DNA of 64,000 nt, taken from positions 227,740 to 291,739 of the forward strand of contig CAZGFX010000001.1 of the NCBI GenBank assembly GCA_964524845.1. The letters run 5' to 3'. Positions 30,060 to 40,450 of this stretch are shown here, one piece after another. Position numbers and translations under genes: made by a program. The notes beneath the pieces were generated by a model. The model was not told the DNA's origin. It did not search any database and was given only the letters and a program-made list of their open reading frames with translations. Each line of letters starts with the position of its first letter. Within the stretch, counting starts at the first letter, position 1. This DNA comes from an uncultured Gammaproteobacteria bacterium (GTDB lineage: Bacteria; Patescibacteriota; Patescibacteriia; CAZGFX01).

Positions 30060-31001
30060 CTATCGAACTAAAGACCTAATACACTCATGAACAATTCGTG
30101 AATTAACCCCTCCCCCAAAAATCGATATCTTCACCGTTTGCTCGTGTGTATCTGTATTATACGGCAAATATATCTCTCCCACAAAGTTTTTTTCGTTATT
30201 CCACACCCTATTTACAACCTTGTCATATATATTCATTAAAAACACCGCATTATTTGGTTTTTTTACAACCAATAGATCCGATGAAAGAGGAATGTGTTCC
30301 ACGGAAACACTTCCATCTGAAGACTTCCAAAGAGCTTTCGAAGATAATAGACATGAATCAGATTCTTTTCTATCCCCCTTAAAATCAATTCCTGATAAGA
30401 TACTTAAAAAAGTTTTGTTTATTTCTGCCCCGCGCGTCGTCGCAATTATAACCTTGTCATCAATTGGAAATAACAAAGACACACTTCCTGTCTTTTTTTC
30501 AACCACACCTACTAAATCACCAATTGTTATAATCGAATCAGGAAGCGATTGAATCGAAGCTGAGGGAGCTGAAAAAAAGGGAGTAATTGTATCTTTGATT
30601 CTAGTTTCGATTTCATTAAAAAACTTCTCATCATCAAAATATGTAAGTGATATTTCCGACACCCCGTCGTTCAGTGCGACGACGCGCTCATATTCCGTAA
30701 TTCCCCATGTTGCTGGATATGTGAGAACAAACAAGTCGTTTTCATATGTTTTTTGTTCGAGTATCAAATCTTTCTCTATTTTTTGCTTCGTCTCATTTAC
30801 TTCGTTAACAATGGTTTTTCCTCCTTCTGTAATCGTTGATCCGAGTGATTGTATGCCTTTTTTAATATCATCGTTTCGTTCAAAAAATTTCGGTGAAAAA
30901 GCCGGTCCGAAACCGTCATTAAGATAAAAATGAAGCCCTAGTATGACTATGAAAAGTCCTCCAACAAAAACAATCATTTGTAACGAGTCTTTTGAAAACA
31001 T
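30060..31001 (-). CDS. membrane-anchored hypothetical protein
   Basis: N-terminal TM; YEND....YPATW motif like its neighbour. Confidence 0.7.
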   Translation of the reverse strand: MFSKDSLQMIVFVGGLFIVILGLHFYLNDGFGPAFSPKFFERNDDIKKGIQSLGSTITEGGKTIVNEVNETKQKIEKDLILEQKTYENDLFVLTYPATWGITEYERVVALNDGVSEISLTYFDDEKFFNEIETRIKDTITPFFSAPSASIQSLPDSIITIGDLVGVVEKKTGSVSLLFPIDDKVIIATTRGAEINKTFLSILSGIDFKGDRKESDSCLLSSKALWKSSDGSVSVEHIPLSSDLLVVKKPNNAVFLMNIYDKVVNRVWNNEKNFVGEIYLPYNTDTHEQTVKISIFGGGVNSRIVHECIRSLVR

Positions 31002-31057
31002 ATTTTAAAAAATTTGTATAACGGAAACATTTGTATAAAGGAAACAATGGGAATAAA

Positions 31058-31687
31058 TTATGTTCCTGGTTCAAGAATAATAAGCTGCATCGTATCGCTT
31101 GTAAGCTCTTTTTTCTTTATTGTAAGCTTCGGCAAAGGAGTTCCTGCTTTTAACGATATGCCTTTTACAAATGATGTCTCATCTTTTAATTTCTTATCAC
31201 CTCCGCCAGAAGAATATTCAACTGGAATCACTATTTTTGGCTGGAGTTTCGTAGCAAGTTCCGCTGCTTCGGAACCGGAAAGTCTTTCTGTGTTTCCTGC
31301 TGACACTATCAAAATATCACACTCCTCGAGAAGTTCCGCTGCGAATCCCGGAACTGTCGGAGCAGACGCTCCAGACACAATTGCAATTGTGATTTCTTCC
31401 ATTTTTATACGAAAAAAAAGTGTTGCGTCATCATCTCCCTGTGTAACGTCTATCGCATTTACCAAAACATCATTTACTTCATATTCTCCTTGTTTACTAA
31501 CGATGAAAGTATCTTCATCGATACCGGGAACTTCCTTTATATTATCATTTCCCTCACTTAAAAGAACCATTGATGCTTTGACTCGTGGATTCGAAAATCC
31601 AAAATCTTTTACGTTTGGATCGACGAGTACTATCGTATCTCCGCTTTGAAGTTTAATTCCTCTGTGACCAAGCCATGTAAGAAACAT
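31058..31687 (-). CDS. MBL-fold (Lactamase_B_3-like) protein lacking metal ligands
   Basis: TWLGH, LVDP, GEYEV, PKIVIP; HxHxDH absent. Confidence 0.75.
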   Translation of the reverse strand: MFLTWLGHRGIKLQSGDTIVLVDPNVKDFGFSNPRVKASMVLLSEGNDNIKEVPGIDEDTFIVSKQGEYEVNDVLVNAIDVTQGDDDATLFFRIKMEEITIAIVSGASAPTVPGFAAELLEECDILIVSAGNTERLSGSEAAELATKLQPKIVIPVEYSSGGGDKKLKDETSFVKGISLKAGTPLPKLTIKKKELTSDTMQLIILEPGT

Positions 31688-31796
31688 ATTGGTATTTATT
31701 AAATATGCTCATATAATACACAAAAAACCGCAATCAATCAAAGGATAACATTATCAATCAGCATAGTCTTTAAGTAACTGCAAAAACAGATAAAAA

Positions 31797-31844
31797 TAAA
31801 AACCCGACAGCAGATGTGACGGTCGTTGACTGTGTGCTGTCGGG
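31797..31844 (-). terminator. intrinsic terminator with extended loop
   Basis: cccgacagca...tgctgtcggg then T-run on minus strand. Confidence 0.7.
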
Positions 31845-31862
31845 AAAGCGGAGGTGTTTCTG

Positions 31863-32036
31863 TTAATTGTTTTTAGGAAGTTTCGAATAATCTAATAAGG
31901 ATTTTCCCTCATTTTTTGCTTCGTTTTCTGATGACGTATGGCTTTTTCTGTGTGTCCAATAAACCGGAAAAACTGTTATCATGAAAAATAAGATTATTGC
32001 AACAAAAAGTATTATAAAAAACGGATGAATTGACAT
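31863..32036 (-). CDS. small single-TM protein (57 aa), absent from ORF track
   Basis: AAAGGAG SD; MSIHPFFIILFVAIILFFMITVFPVYWTHRKS...PKNN*. Confidence 0.7.
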   Translation of the reverse strand: MSIHPFFIILFVAIILFFMITVFPVYWTHRKSHTSSENEAKNEGKSLLDYSKLPKNN

Positions 32037-32217
32037 CAAAACTCCTTTGAGTGTACAAATTGTTTGTTTGTTTTTTTATTATTTAAAATATTTTGTATTA
32101 AGGATAATATAGTATTTTTGATTTTAATACAAGATATAACAAAAACGTTAAAATTAAATAAAAAACCCCATTTCATATATTGAAACAGGGTATTAAAATG
32201 TATGTGTTACATACTTT

Positions 32218-32625
32218 TTATTTAAATGCTTTTTCAAAAGACTCTCTCGGAACATGTTTCGAATAAAAGAGTGTTGTTTTCATTACCTTAAAAAAATCAT
32301 CAGGAAATCCTAGATTTTCAGCAATCAAAAACGCTTTGTTAGCAAGCGAACTCTTTGTTTCTTTTTTCAATTCTTCACTTATCTTTTTTCGTACTTTTGG
32401 ATCAAGAAATACTGCGTCAACGGCGCTGTTAAAAGCCAGTCCTACTACAAACGGGGACGGTTCGACTGACTCGAACAGATGTCGTGCTATAATTTGAGCA
32501 AACTCATGCACAACAGGACCATCACTCTTATAATTGTCTAAAACGCTCTTGATTAAGTAATTTGTTAATCTTAAACCACCACCCGTAGAGGGGGGTTTTT
32601 GTTCGTCACAAGAAATAATATCCAT
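32218..32625 (-). CDS. hypothetical protein
   Basis: AGGAG SD before ATG 32625; the listed TTG start at 32739 is the -35 of TTGCAG-17-TACAAT. Confidence 0.65.
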   Translation of the reverse strand: MDIISCDEQKPPSTGGGLRLTNYLIKSVLDNYKSDGPVVHEFAQIIARHLFESVEPSPFVVGLAFNSAVDAVFLDPKVRKKISEELKKETKSSLANKAFLIAENLGFPDDFFKVMKTTLFYSKHVPRESFEKAFK

Positions 32626-32815
32626 AACAACTCTCCTTTTTCTGCTGTCTCCAGCGAAATATTTTAATTTAAGGGTATTTTTAGGGTTTTTTATCTCTTT
32701 TTCTAATTTAATTGTACCATCTTTTTGCATTTTCTGCAATAGTTATCCACATATAAAAAACCCCGTCCTTAAATTAAAGAACGGGGTTATATAAATTAAA
32801 ATTTAGTTTCAATTG

Positions 32816-33616
32816 TTAACAAGAATTACCACAACAATGGTTTTCCTTGTTTTTTTGCGGATCAAACGCCTCGATGTTACAACTAATTAAAGTCATACCT
32901 ATCTTATCGAGTCTTTCAGATAAAAAACGCGAAAACTCTGATTTAGAATCATTCCTTTGTGCGTCCACATTGGTAGACGGACACAATGACTTGGCATACG
33001 AATACAATATTCCATCGAACAAACATGATGCAACAATCGCATCGATGATTTTGGCTATCGTGCATTCGCAAAAATTATATTTGCGTAAAAAATCATAATA
33101 ACTTTGTATTCCTTCTTTTGTTTCAAAAGGAGCGAGCACCACAACCACCAAGATGTCCGGCTCAACCGAATCCTGATCAAGAATGACTGTTTTTATAATC
33201 TTTCTATTCCTGAAAACACCTTGTATTAACTGACCTTTTTCAATATCCTTTAGTTCATCGGCTGGTATGTTTGATTTCCAATCTTTCATACCAATCATAT
33301 ATGTTCGTAACACTCTTCCTTCGGATACTATGATGCTTCCGCTTTTTATTTCTATTTTTTTTGCTCTAGAAAATATTGCCTGTACTATTACGTACAGAAA
33401 TAAAAACAAAAAAATTAATAACAAAAAAAATAGAAAGTAAAAAACAAAATTATAACCGATTTCAATATTATCATCAATACTAATGATAATTATTTCTAAT
33501 AAAAACACAAACAAAAAAAGAAATCCGTGGTTAGTAAGGTTTTGTTCAAATTGGTCCGGCGATACTTTTTTCTTGTTCAGAGAAAACCATTTCTCTAATT
33601 TTTCAAATAACCTCAT
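32816..33616 (-). CDS. 2-TM membrane protein, paralog 1 of 3
   Basis: GGAGG SD; motifs shared with the two neighbours. Confidence 0.75.
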   Translation of the reverse strand: MRLFEKLEKWFSLNKKKVSPDQFEQNLTNHGFLFLFVFLLEIIIISIDDNIEIGYNFVFYFLFFLLLIFLFLFLYVIVQAIFSRAKKIEIKSGSIIVSEGRVLRTYMIGMKDWKSNIPADELKDIEKGQLIQGVFRNRKIIKTVILDQDSVEPDILVVVVLAPFETKEGIQSYYDFLRKYNFCECTIAKIIDAIVASCLFDGILYSYAKSLCPSTNVDAQRNDSKSEFSRFLSERLDKIGMTLISCNIEAFDPQKNKENHCCGNSC

Positions 33617-33818
33617 AATACCTCCTTGCTTTCGTTCATACAAAACAAACTTAAGCTGTTTTTGTTGATTGTTTTAAATTATTTTGATTATTAATTTATC
33701 GTGTAATCATAGTATTTATTATTTAAATTGTCAAAAACTGTTTTTTGGCTAATTTTAAAACTGTTTTCTAAGTAAAAACCCCGAGCAATTATGCTCGGGG
33801 CTTGTTTTTGGGCTTCTG

Positions 33819-34592
33819 TTAAATATCAGAAACTTCTTTCGGATCAAATCTCTTCCATGTGATTGTTTTGATGCGAATTCCTATTTTATCTATTTTACGA
33901 TTTAAACAACCAACATGTTTTTCATCTTCAAATATATCAATTTTTCCTTCGTTTGGTTTGGGGTTGTTAATTCTCCGCCAGACCTCTTCAATTATAGAAT
34001 CGTAGAAACAACTTATTATTGTTGTGCTTAATGTATCGAATATTCCTTCATTTTCAAATCTAAACCGATCATAGAAGTCGTAGTATTTTTGCGCTTCTTC
34101 AATATGCTCGATAGGCGTAAAAACAATAATCACTGTCATTTTAGGATCGAATGGACTACCTCCAACGGCAAAGTGTTTTACAAGCTTCCGATCACGAAGG
34201 AAGTTTTCGTACTTTGTTCCGTTTTCATAATCATCCCGCTCATCTAAAGAAATGTCCTTTTTCCATTTCTTATCGGTATCTTTTAGATACATTCGTACAA
34301 CTTTATTATTTCTTACAATTATACTCCATTTTCCTACACTAAAAACATTCTTACTAGAATCATCCCTTGATCTGTCAAATATATTAGGAAAACAAATATT
34401 TATTAATATAATTATTAACGCACAACACAATACCGCAAAAACGACAGCACTGATTATTTCGAGTATTAATAATGACGCAATAAATAAAGCTGAGCTTGTT
34501 CCAACACAAATCAAATCAAAAATCTTTTGTCTATTAATTTTCTCGCGGGTCTTGGGTGATTGATCTTTTTTTAAAGAACTCAATAACTTCAT
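33819..34592 (-). CDS. 2-TM membrane protein, paralog 2 of 3
   Basis: AGGAGG SD; RNNKVVR.YL...WKKD, KIGI.....W..FDP. Confidence 0.75.
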   Translation of the reverse strand: MKLLSSLKKDQSPKTREKINRQKIFDLICVGTSSALFIASLLILEIISAVVFAVLCCALIIILINICFPNIFDRSRDDSSKNVFSVGKWSIIVRNNKVVRMYLKDTDKKWKKDISLDERDDYENGTKYENFLRDRKLVKHFAVGGSPFDPKMTVIIVFTPIEHIEEAQKYYDFYDRFRFENEGIFDTLSTTIISCFYDSIIEEVWRRINNPKPNEGKIDIFEDEKHVGCLNRKIDKIGIRIKTITWKRFDPKEVSDI

Positions 34593-34770
34593 AAAACCTC
34601 CTTATTTACTAAAAATCTTTTTACTTACTCGTTTTTAATTGTTTTATTTATCGTATAAACATAACAAATATGTTTAATTTTATCAATGCTTAAAAAGCTA
34701 TTTATATTTGCCCTTTTATTGTTTTGTAAATAAAAAACCCCGAGTTATATATTCGGGGCTTATTTATTAT

Positions 34771-35556
34771 TTATAATTTTGATACTAAATCCGGATTAAA
34801 TTTTGTCCAATTGATATGTTTCGCTTTGATACCAATTCGACGCAGTTTTTCGTTTATCAATTTTGTGGTTTCTTTGTCATAGACTGAATCAGACTCTTTT
34901 TTTGGACTATCAAGCATTGTATAAATTTCGTCTATGATGCTCCGATTAAACGCGGGCGTTATAATCGTATCTATGAGATTTTTCATCGCTTCTTCACGAA
35001 GTTTACAAAATAAGAAAAAATCACAAAAACGTTGTGCGCCTTCCACATCTTCAATCGTGTGAAATATAATAGACGCTGACAAGTTTGGACGAGCATAATC
35101 TTCTGTAAGAATAAAGTGTTTTACAAGTGTCATTTCTCGAAAGAATTTCTCGATTTTTACACCTTCTTTATAATCATTCCACTCATCAGAATTAACGTCT
35201 TTTTTCCATTTTTCAGAAACGTCTTCCAAATAAATCCGTACTACTTTGTTGTTTCTCGTAATAACTGTTCCTTTTTTTATACTAAATACATCTGGCATAT
35301 TAGAGATATCAATATGATCGAAGTATGCGCTAAAAAACAAGGTAGCAAGTCCGATAAACATAACTATAATTTCTGGTGAGTTTTCAGAGGCTTTTGTGTC
35401 TGTTCCGATATAAAAAACACTGGACACAAGAGCAATCGTTGCAGCAATAACAATCAAAATAACCGCTAAATAAGTCGATAGCATTCCGGCTTTTGCAACA
35501 ACTTTTTCAAATTCTTTCGGTGAACGACTTTTTTTTAAAAAATTTAATAAAAACAT
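34771..35556 (-). CDS. 2-TM membrane protein, paralog 3 of 3
   Basis: AGGAGG SD; RNNKVVR.YL...WKKD, RIGI.....W..FNP. Confidence 0.75.
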   Translation of the reverse strand: MFLLNFLKKSRSPKEFEKVVAKAGMLSTYLAVILIVIAATIALVSSVFYIGTDTKASENSPEIIVMFIGLATLFFSAYFDHIDISNMPDVFSIKKGTVITRNNKVVRIYLEDVSEKWKKDVNSDEWNDYKEGVKIEKFFREMTLVKHFILTEDYARPNLSASIIFHTIEDVEGAQRFCDFFLFCKLREEAMKNLIDTIITPAFNRSIIDEIYTMLDSPKKESDSVYDKETTKLINEKLRRIGIKAKHINWTKFNPDLVSKL

Positions 35557-35703
35557 ATAGCCTCCTTATCCTCGGCCATTGGCCGACAGGATTTTTTTGT
35601 TTTTGGTTGTTATTTATTTATTTATTTTTATCATATAATGATAACAATTATCATATTAATTGTCAATATTGCCTAAAATTGGCTCATAGAGTACTATCGG
35701 CAT

Positions 35704-35813
35704 GCAAGTTTAGGGCTTTTATCAAAGGACGAGTAGCCCGTCGTCCACTCATGGCTCGATAAAAAACTCGTTTTTTACGAGTGAGGTATGGGTTAACTCC
35801 GATTTTTTATTTT
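35704..35813 (+). promoter_or_regulatory. structured 5' leader of rpsA
   Basis: TTGCCT-17-TACTAT upstream; hairpins ggacga/tcgtcc, actcgt/acgagt, ttttatc/gataaaa. Confidence 0.5.
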
Positions 35814-37115
35814 ATGGGAGAAAAATTTGCTAAAATTTTAGAATCTTACGATCTTGATAAATATTTACCAAAAGTAAATGAGATCGTATCAGGCACTGTT
35901 GTTAATGCTACAAAAAACGAGGTCATTGTAGATATTGACGGATTTGGTACTGGTATCGTACGTGGACGCGAAATTGAAGACGAATCAATGGAATTCACAG
36001 ACGTGAAACCTGGAGATCGCGTACAAGCAACTGTAAGCGAACTCGAGAATGAAATGGGTTATGTGGAACTTTCTTTCAGAAAAGTTGGTCACCAAAAAGC
36101 ATGGCAGAAACTTCAAGAAATGAAGGACAAAGAAGAAAACGTAATCGCGAAAATCATTGACGCGAATCGAGGAGGTCTAATGGTAAAAATCGGCAACGTA
36201 CTCGGATTTCTTCCTGTATCACAACTTACAATTGAACATTATCCACGCGTCGAAGGTGGAGACAAGAGCAAGATCCTCACCAAGCTCAAAACATATATTG
36301 GCTCAGATTTTCGATGCAAAATCATCGATATAAACGAAGAAGATGAGAAGCTCATCGTTTCAGAGAAGAGTGCTTGGGATGAGAAACAAATGGAAAAGGT
36401 CAAAAACTATAAGGTTGGCGACATCGTGAAAGGAACAATCACCGGAATTGTTGATTTTGGAATTTTCGTTGAACTCGCCGATGGAGTCGAGGGGCTTGTT
36501 CACATTTCAGAAATTGCATGGCAAAGACTTGACCACCCTAGAGACGTAGTTGAGGTTGGTCAGCAGGTTGAGGCCAGAGTCATTGAAATTGAAGGAACAA
36601 AAATTTCACTTTCCATAAAACAAATAAAACAAGATCCGTGGCACAATGTTGAAAAGAAATTCAAAATCGGAGACACTGTAAAGGGCAAGGTTCTCAAGGT
36701 AAATCCATTTGGACTTTTCGTTGAGCTTGACGACGACATTCATGGTCTCGCACACATATCAGAAATTGACAAAGACAAGACACCGATCAACTCTGTTAAA
36801 TCCGGAGATGTTTTGGAATTTCAAATCGTATCGATAAAACCAGACGAACACCGTCTCGGTCTCTCAAATAAGAAGGCAAAAGAGAAGAAGGAGAAAAAAT
36901 CTTCAGTAAAAGAAGAAGTTATTCCTCCTACAGAAGATGTTAAAACAGAAAAAAAAGAAACTACTAAAGAACATATTAAAACATCAAATGAGGAAAAGCC
37001 AAAAAAATCCACGAAACACGAGACAGATAAAACAGAGCATAAGACAAAAGAAACGAAAACCACAAAAGAAACAAAAAAGCCCACCGCAAAGAAAAAGACA
37101 ACAACAAAAAAATAA
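35814..37115 (+). CDS. rpsA: 30S ribosomal protein S1 (4 S1 domains, Lys/Thr-rich tail)
   Basis: Repeated S1 motifs NRGGL..GFLPVSQ, FGIFVEL..EGLVHISE. Confidence 0.9.
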   Translation: MGEKFAKILESYDLDKYLPKVNEIVSGTVVNATKNEVIVDIDGFGTGIVRGREIEDESMEFTDVKPGDRVQATVSELENEMGYVELSFRKVGHQKAWQKLQEMKDKEENVIAKIIDANRGGLMVKIGNVLGFLPVSQLTIEHYPRVEGGDKSKILTKLKTYIGSDFRCKIIDINEEDEKLIVSEKSAWDEKQMEKVKNYKVGDIVKGTITGIVDFGIFVELADGVEGLVHISEIAWQRLDHPRDVVEVGQQVEARVIEIEGTKISLSIKQIKQDPWHNVEKKFKIGDTVKGKVLKVNPFGLFVELDDDIHGLAHISEIDKDKTPINSVKSGDVLEFQIVSIKPDEHRLGLSNKKAKEKKEKKSSVKEEVIPPTEDVKTEKKETTKEHIKTSNEEKPKKSTKHETDKTEHKTKETKTTKETKKPTAKKKTTTKK

Positions 37116-37258
37116 CTTGTCATAATTACTTTTTGTTTTACAACACGCCGCCCACCTTTGGTGGGCGGCGTGTTGACTTTATTAGTTTTTTATACTATGA
37201 TTGGCGCGATAAACAAGAAATAAATAAAATATTTTAAAAATAAAAAAGGAGAAAAACA

Positions 37259-37951
37259 ATGGTTTTGCACCGCAAAAAAAGAATCGCGCTCATATCAGAC
37301 ATGGATGGGGTTATTGTTGATTCTCAACATGTACACTCGCAAATCGAATCAGGACTTTTTTATGAAATTCTCAGACTTTCTATAACCGAAGAAGAAATTA
37401 CACTTCGTTACTCAGGCATGGGTCTCAATGCGATTTTCAATGATATTGAAAAACAACACAAAATAACTATATCTCCTGAAAAAAGAATATTAATTGAAAA
37501 AAGAAAATTTGATGAATTGATGAATCTTTCGTCTTTTTCAACTCGCATCATTCCAGGTATTATAGGAATTTTTTCTATTTTTAAAAAAAATAAATATCCG
37601 ATCGTCATCGCATCTTCATCACCAAGACCGTTTATTGAGAAAATAATACGAGAAACACAAATTCAACAATTTATTCACGGACATGTAAGTGGAAAAGATG
37701 TAAAAAACGGTAAACCTGCTCCTGATATATTCCTTCATGCTGCGGATATTGCCCAAATAATTCCAACTCAATGTGTTGTTTTGGAAGACGGAGTCGCCGG
37801 TATGGAAGCGGCGGGAAAAGCCAGAATGAAATGTATAGCTCTCGTTCCTTCGATTGATTTTCCTGTTCCTGAAACAGTATCCTTAAAAGTAACTAGTCTC
37901 CATGATATAAAAGATTTCAATACCATCGAAAACCTCTTCAAAAAACAATAA
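37259..37951 (+). CDS. HAD-family phosphatase (beta-PGM/CbbY-like)
   Basis: DMDGVIVDS, ASSS, GKPAPDIF, EDGxxG. Confidence 0.9.
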   Translation: MVLHRKKRIALISDMDGVIVDSQHVHSQIESGLFYEILRLSITEEEITLRYSGMGLNAIFNDIEKQHKITISPEKRILIEKRKFDELMNLSSFSTRIIPGIIGIFSIFKKNKYPIVIASSSPRPFIEKIIRETQIQQFIHGHVSGKDVKNGKPAPDIFLHAADIAQIIPTQCVVLEDGVAGMEAAGKARMKCIALVPSIDFPVPETVSLKVTSLHDIKDFNTIENLFKKQ

Positions 37952-38142
37952 TATAAAAAATAAGAATATATATATTTATTAATCGCTGTTCACCTTTTCT
38001 AAAAAAGGCTGAAAAACAGCGATTTTTTATTTTTATCAATAATCACAAAATACAATTGTACAAAAAACACATGTTTTTATGCCTTGTTTTTTTACCAAAA
38101 ACCCGCTAAAATGAGCTCATTAATTTGATTTTAGGATTTTTT

Positions 38143-39945
38143 ATGAACAAGGTTGCAAAAAATTTTCTTACATTTTTCGTTATATTCGTAGCAATTGCTG
38201 TAATTTTGTCTTTCTTTTCAGGTGACAGAAACCAAGACAAGATAATCAGTATTAACGAGCTTGCACAACAAATAAATAGCAACGAGGTACGAAGCATCTC
38301 TGTTGAGGGTCCAATGATAAGTGTAACTCTTAACAATGATGCGAAAGAAATCGTATACAAAGAAGAAAACGAATCTTTTGGTGAATTAATAAAAAATTAT
38401 GGTATCAATCCTGATTCAATAAAAAATCTGTCAATCGAAGTAGTTAAACCGAAAAAACCAAGTATTATAACATCTATTCTTCCTTTTTTGATTCCTGTCG
38501 TTATGGTGCTTCTTATCATCTGGTTTATGATGAGACAAGTACAAGGAGCAAACAATCGCGCCATGACTTTCGGACAATCAGGAGTCAAAGAAGCGGATAT
38601 AGTAGACGTATCATTCAAGAATGTTGCCGGAGCAGAAGAAGCGAAAGAAGAGCTTATGGAGGTTGTTGATTTCCTCAAAAATCCAAAAAAATATCTAGAG
38701 TTAGGAGCGAAAATCCCGAAAGGAGTTCTCTTGCTCGGTGCTCCGGGTGTTGGAAAAACACTGCTCGCCCGCGCTGTCGCCGGCGAAGCAAAAGTTCCTT
38801 TTTATTATATTTCCGGATCAGAATTTGTAGAGATGTTCGTCGGCGTAGGAGCGTCGCGTGTTCGTGATCTATTTAAAAAAGCCAAGAAAAACTCACCTTG
38901 TATCGTATTTATAGATGAAATAGATGCTGTCGGGCGACAGCGCGGCGCCGGTATCGGCGGCTCGCATGACGAGCGCGAGCAGACATTAAACCAGATACTT
39001 GTCGAAATGGATGGTTTTGAAACAAACACCACGGTAATTGTTCTTGCCGCAACAAACAGAGCGGACATTTTGGACCCTGCACTTCTCCGCCCAGGACGAT
39101 TTGATCGACGTGTCATGATTGACATGCCGGACATAAAGGATCGCGAAGCAATTCTTGCTGTACACGCGAAAAAAATCCCGCTCGCAAAAGATGCTGATCT
39201 TCTAAGTGTCGCCCAACGCACACCTGGATTTTCAGGAGCAGAGTTAGCAAACGTAATTAATGAAGCGGCGATATTCGCAGCTCGTTCAAACAAAAAAGAA
39301 ATAAAACAGGAAATGTTATATTCTGCCATTGAGAAGGTTCTTCTCGGACCAGAAAAGAAAAACAAGATTCGTGACGCGGAAGATTTAAAGATGACGGCAT
39401 TTCATGAAGCAGGTCATGCTGTTGTTGGACATTTTTGCGAACACTCTGACCCTATTCATAAAATATCAATAGTTTCACGCGGACGCGCAGGTGGATATAC
39501 TATACTTCTTCCAGAAACCGACAAACCATACAAAAGAAAATCGGAATTTCTTGATCAACTTGCATCAATGCTAGGAGGATATATTGCTGAACTTAAAAAT
39601 TTTGGCGAAGTATCAACCGGACCACACAATGATCTCGAGCAAGTTACGAAAATCGCACGAGCAATGGTAACTAAGTTCGGAATGAGCGAGGAGCTTGGTA
39701 CTCGCATATACGGCGAAACAGACGAGATGATATTTCTCGGAAGAGAAATTCATGAGAGTCGTAATTACTCAGAAGAAACAGCGAGAAAAATAGACGAAGA
39801 AGTCCAAAAATACATCACAATTGCATATAAAAAAGCTGAAAAAATTCTCGAAGAGAAAAAAGACAAGGTAAAGAAACTTGTTGATATATTACTAGAAAAA
39901 GAAACAGTTGAGAAAGAAGAGTTTGTGGCTCTCATGAACTCATAA
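38143..39945 (+). CDS. ftsH: ATP-dependent zinc metalloprotease FtsH
   Basis: 2 [34 protein letters not shown]. Confidence 0.97.
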   Translation: MNKVAKNFLTFFVIFVAIAVILSFFSGDRNQDKIISINELAQQINSNEVRSISVEGPMISVTLNNDAKEIVYKEENESFGELIKNYGINPDSIKNLSIEVVKPKKPSIITSILPFLIPVVMVLLIIWFMMRQVQGANNRAMTFGQSGVKEADIVDVSFKNVAGAEEAKEELMEVVDFLKNPKKYLELGAKIPKGVLLLGAPGVGKTLLARAVAGEAKVPFYYISGSEFVEMFVGVGASRVRDLFKKAKKNSPCIVFIDEIDAVGRQRGAGIGGSHDEREQTLNQILVEMDGFETNTTVIVLAATNRADILDPALLRPGRFDRRVMIDMPDIKDREAILAVHAKKIPLAKDADLLSVAQRTPGFSGAELANVINEAAIFAARSNKKEIKQEMLYSAIEKVLLGPEKKNKIRDAEDLKMTAFHEAGHAVVGHFCEHSDPIHKISIVSRGRAGGYTILLPETDKPYKRKSEFLDQLASMLGGYIAELKNFGEVSTGPHNDLEQVTKIARAMVTKFGMSEELGTRIYGETDEMIFLGREIHESRNYSEETARKIDEEVQKYITIAYKKAEKILEEKKDKVKKLVDILLEKETVEKEEFVALMNS

Positions 39946-40009
39946 ATGAATCGGTTTCCTTCTTTCGTAATACAAGAAAAACCAAGTATTTGCTACTTGG
40001 TTTTCTCAA

Positions 40010-40235
40010 CACAAAACCCTCTCTACATATAGCAGAGAGGGCTTGTTTTATAAAGCACCCATGCATTGTGTGCGATGCTCTATAAATGTTGTTCCGCAAA
40101 GAAAATATCCCAAAAACTTCGCGAAACTGTTATTGCATGCAATATGTCATGTGTCGCATGATATAAAAAATGCGATTCATCATGACCTGAGTTCAAAAAT
40201 TAAGGAGAGAAAATTGTAAGTTTTTTCAAACTTAC
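40010..40235 (-). ncRNA. candidate novel structured small RNA (RNA-C), similar to RNA-B
   Basis: TTGAAG-16-TATAAT (40269-40242); terminator 40010-40044; hairpin with UUUUUGGGAUAU loop; UCUCUCCUU tract. Confidence 0.6.
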
Positions 40236-40450
40236 GCATTCATTATACTCCTCATATCTTAATCTTCAAACTGCACAAAAACACAAAAAATAGCAACAAT
40301 ATATGATAATTTGTAATTTTCCACTCATTTAATCGGTTTTTAAAAACAAGAATATCCACAGATAATAAAAACGCAAAAATAAATATACTGATAAATTCGC
40401 TATAGTAAGAGGCTTATGATATAATATATTCATTCAATAATATATTTTTT

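Noticed and set aside
31014-31649. Long antisense ORFs (also 17317-17826, 23378-23833, 38805-39365, 62916-63449 and others)
   Set aside because: Shadows of well-supported genes on the opposite strand.
9055-32751. Replication origin from DnaA boxes (9055, 13490, 32743)
   Set aside because: Boxes are single and scattered; no cluster and no dnaA/dnaN nearby.
36870-37115. Lys/Thr/Glu-rich tail of S1 as a novel domain
   Set aside because: Low-complexity tails on ribosomal proteins are common and carry no specific signal here.
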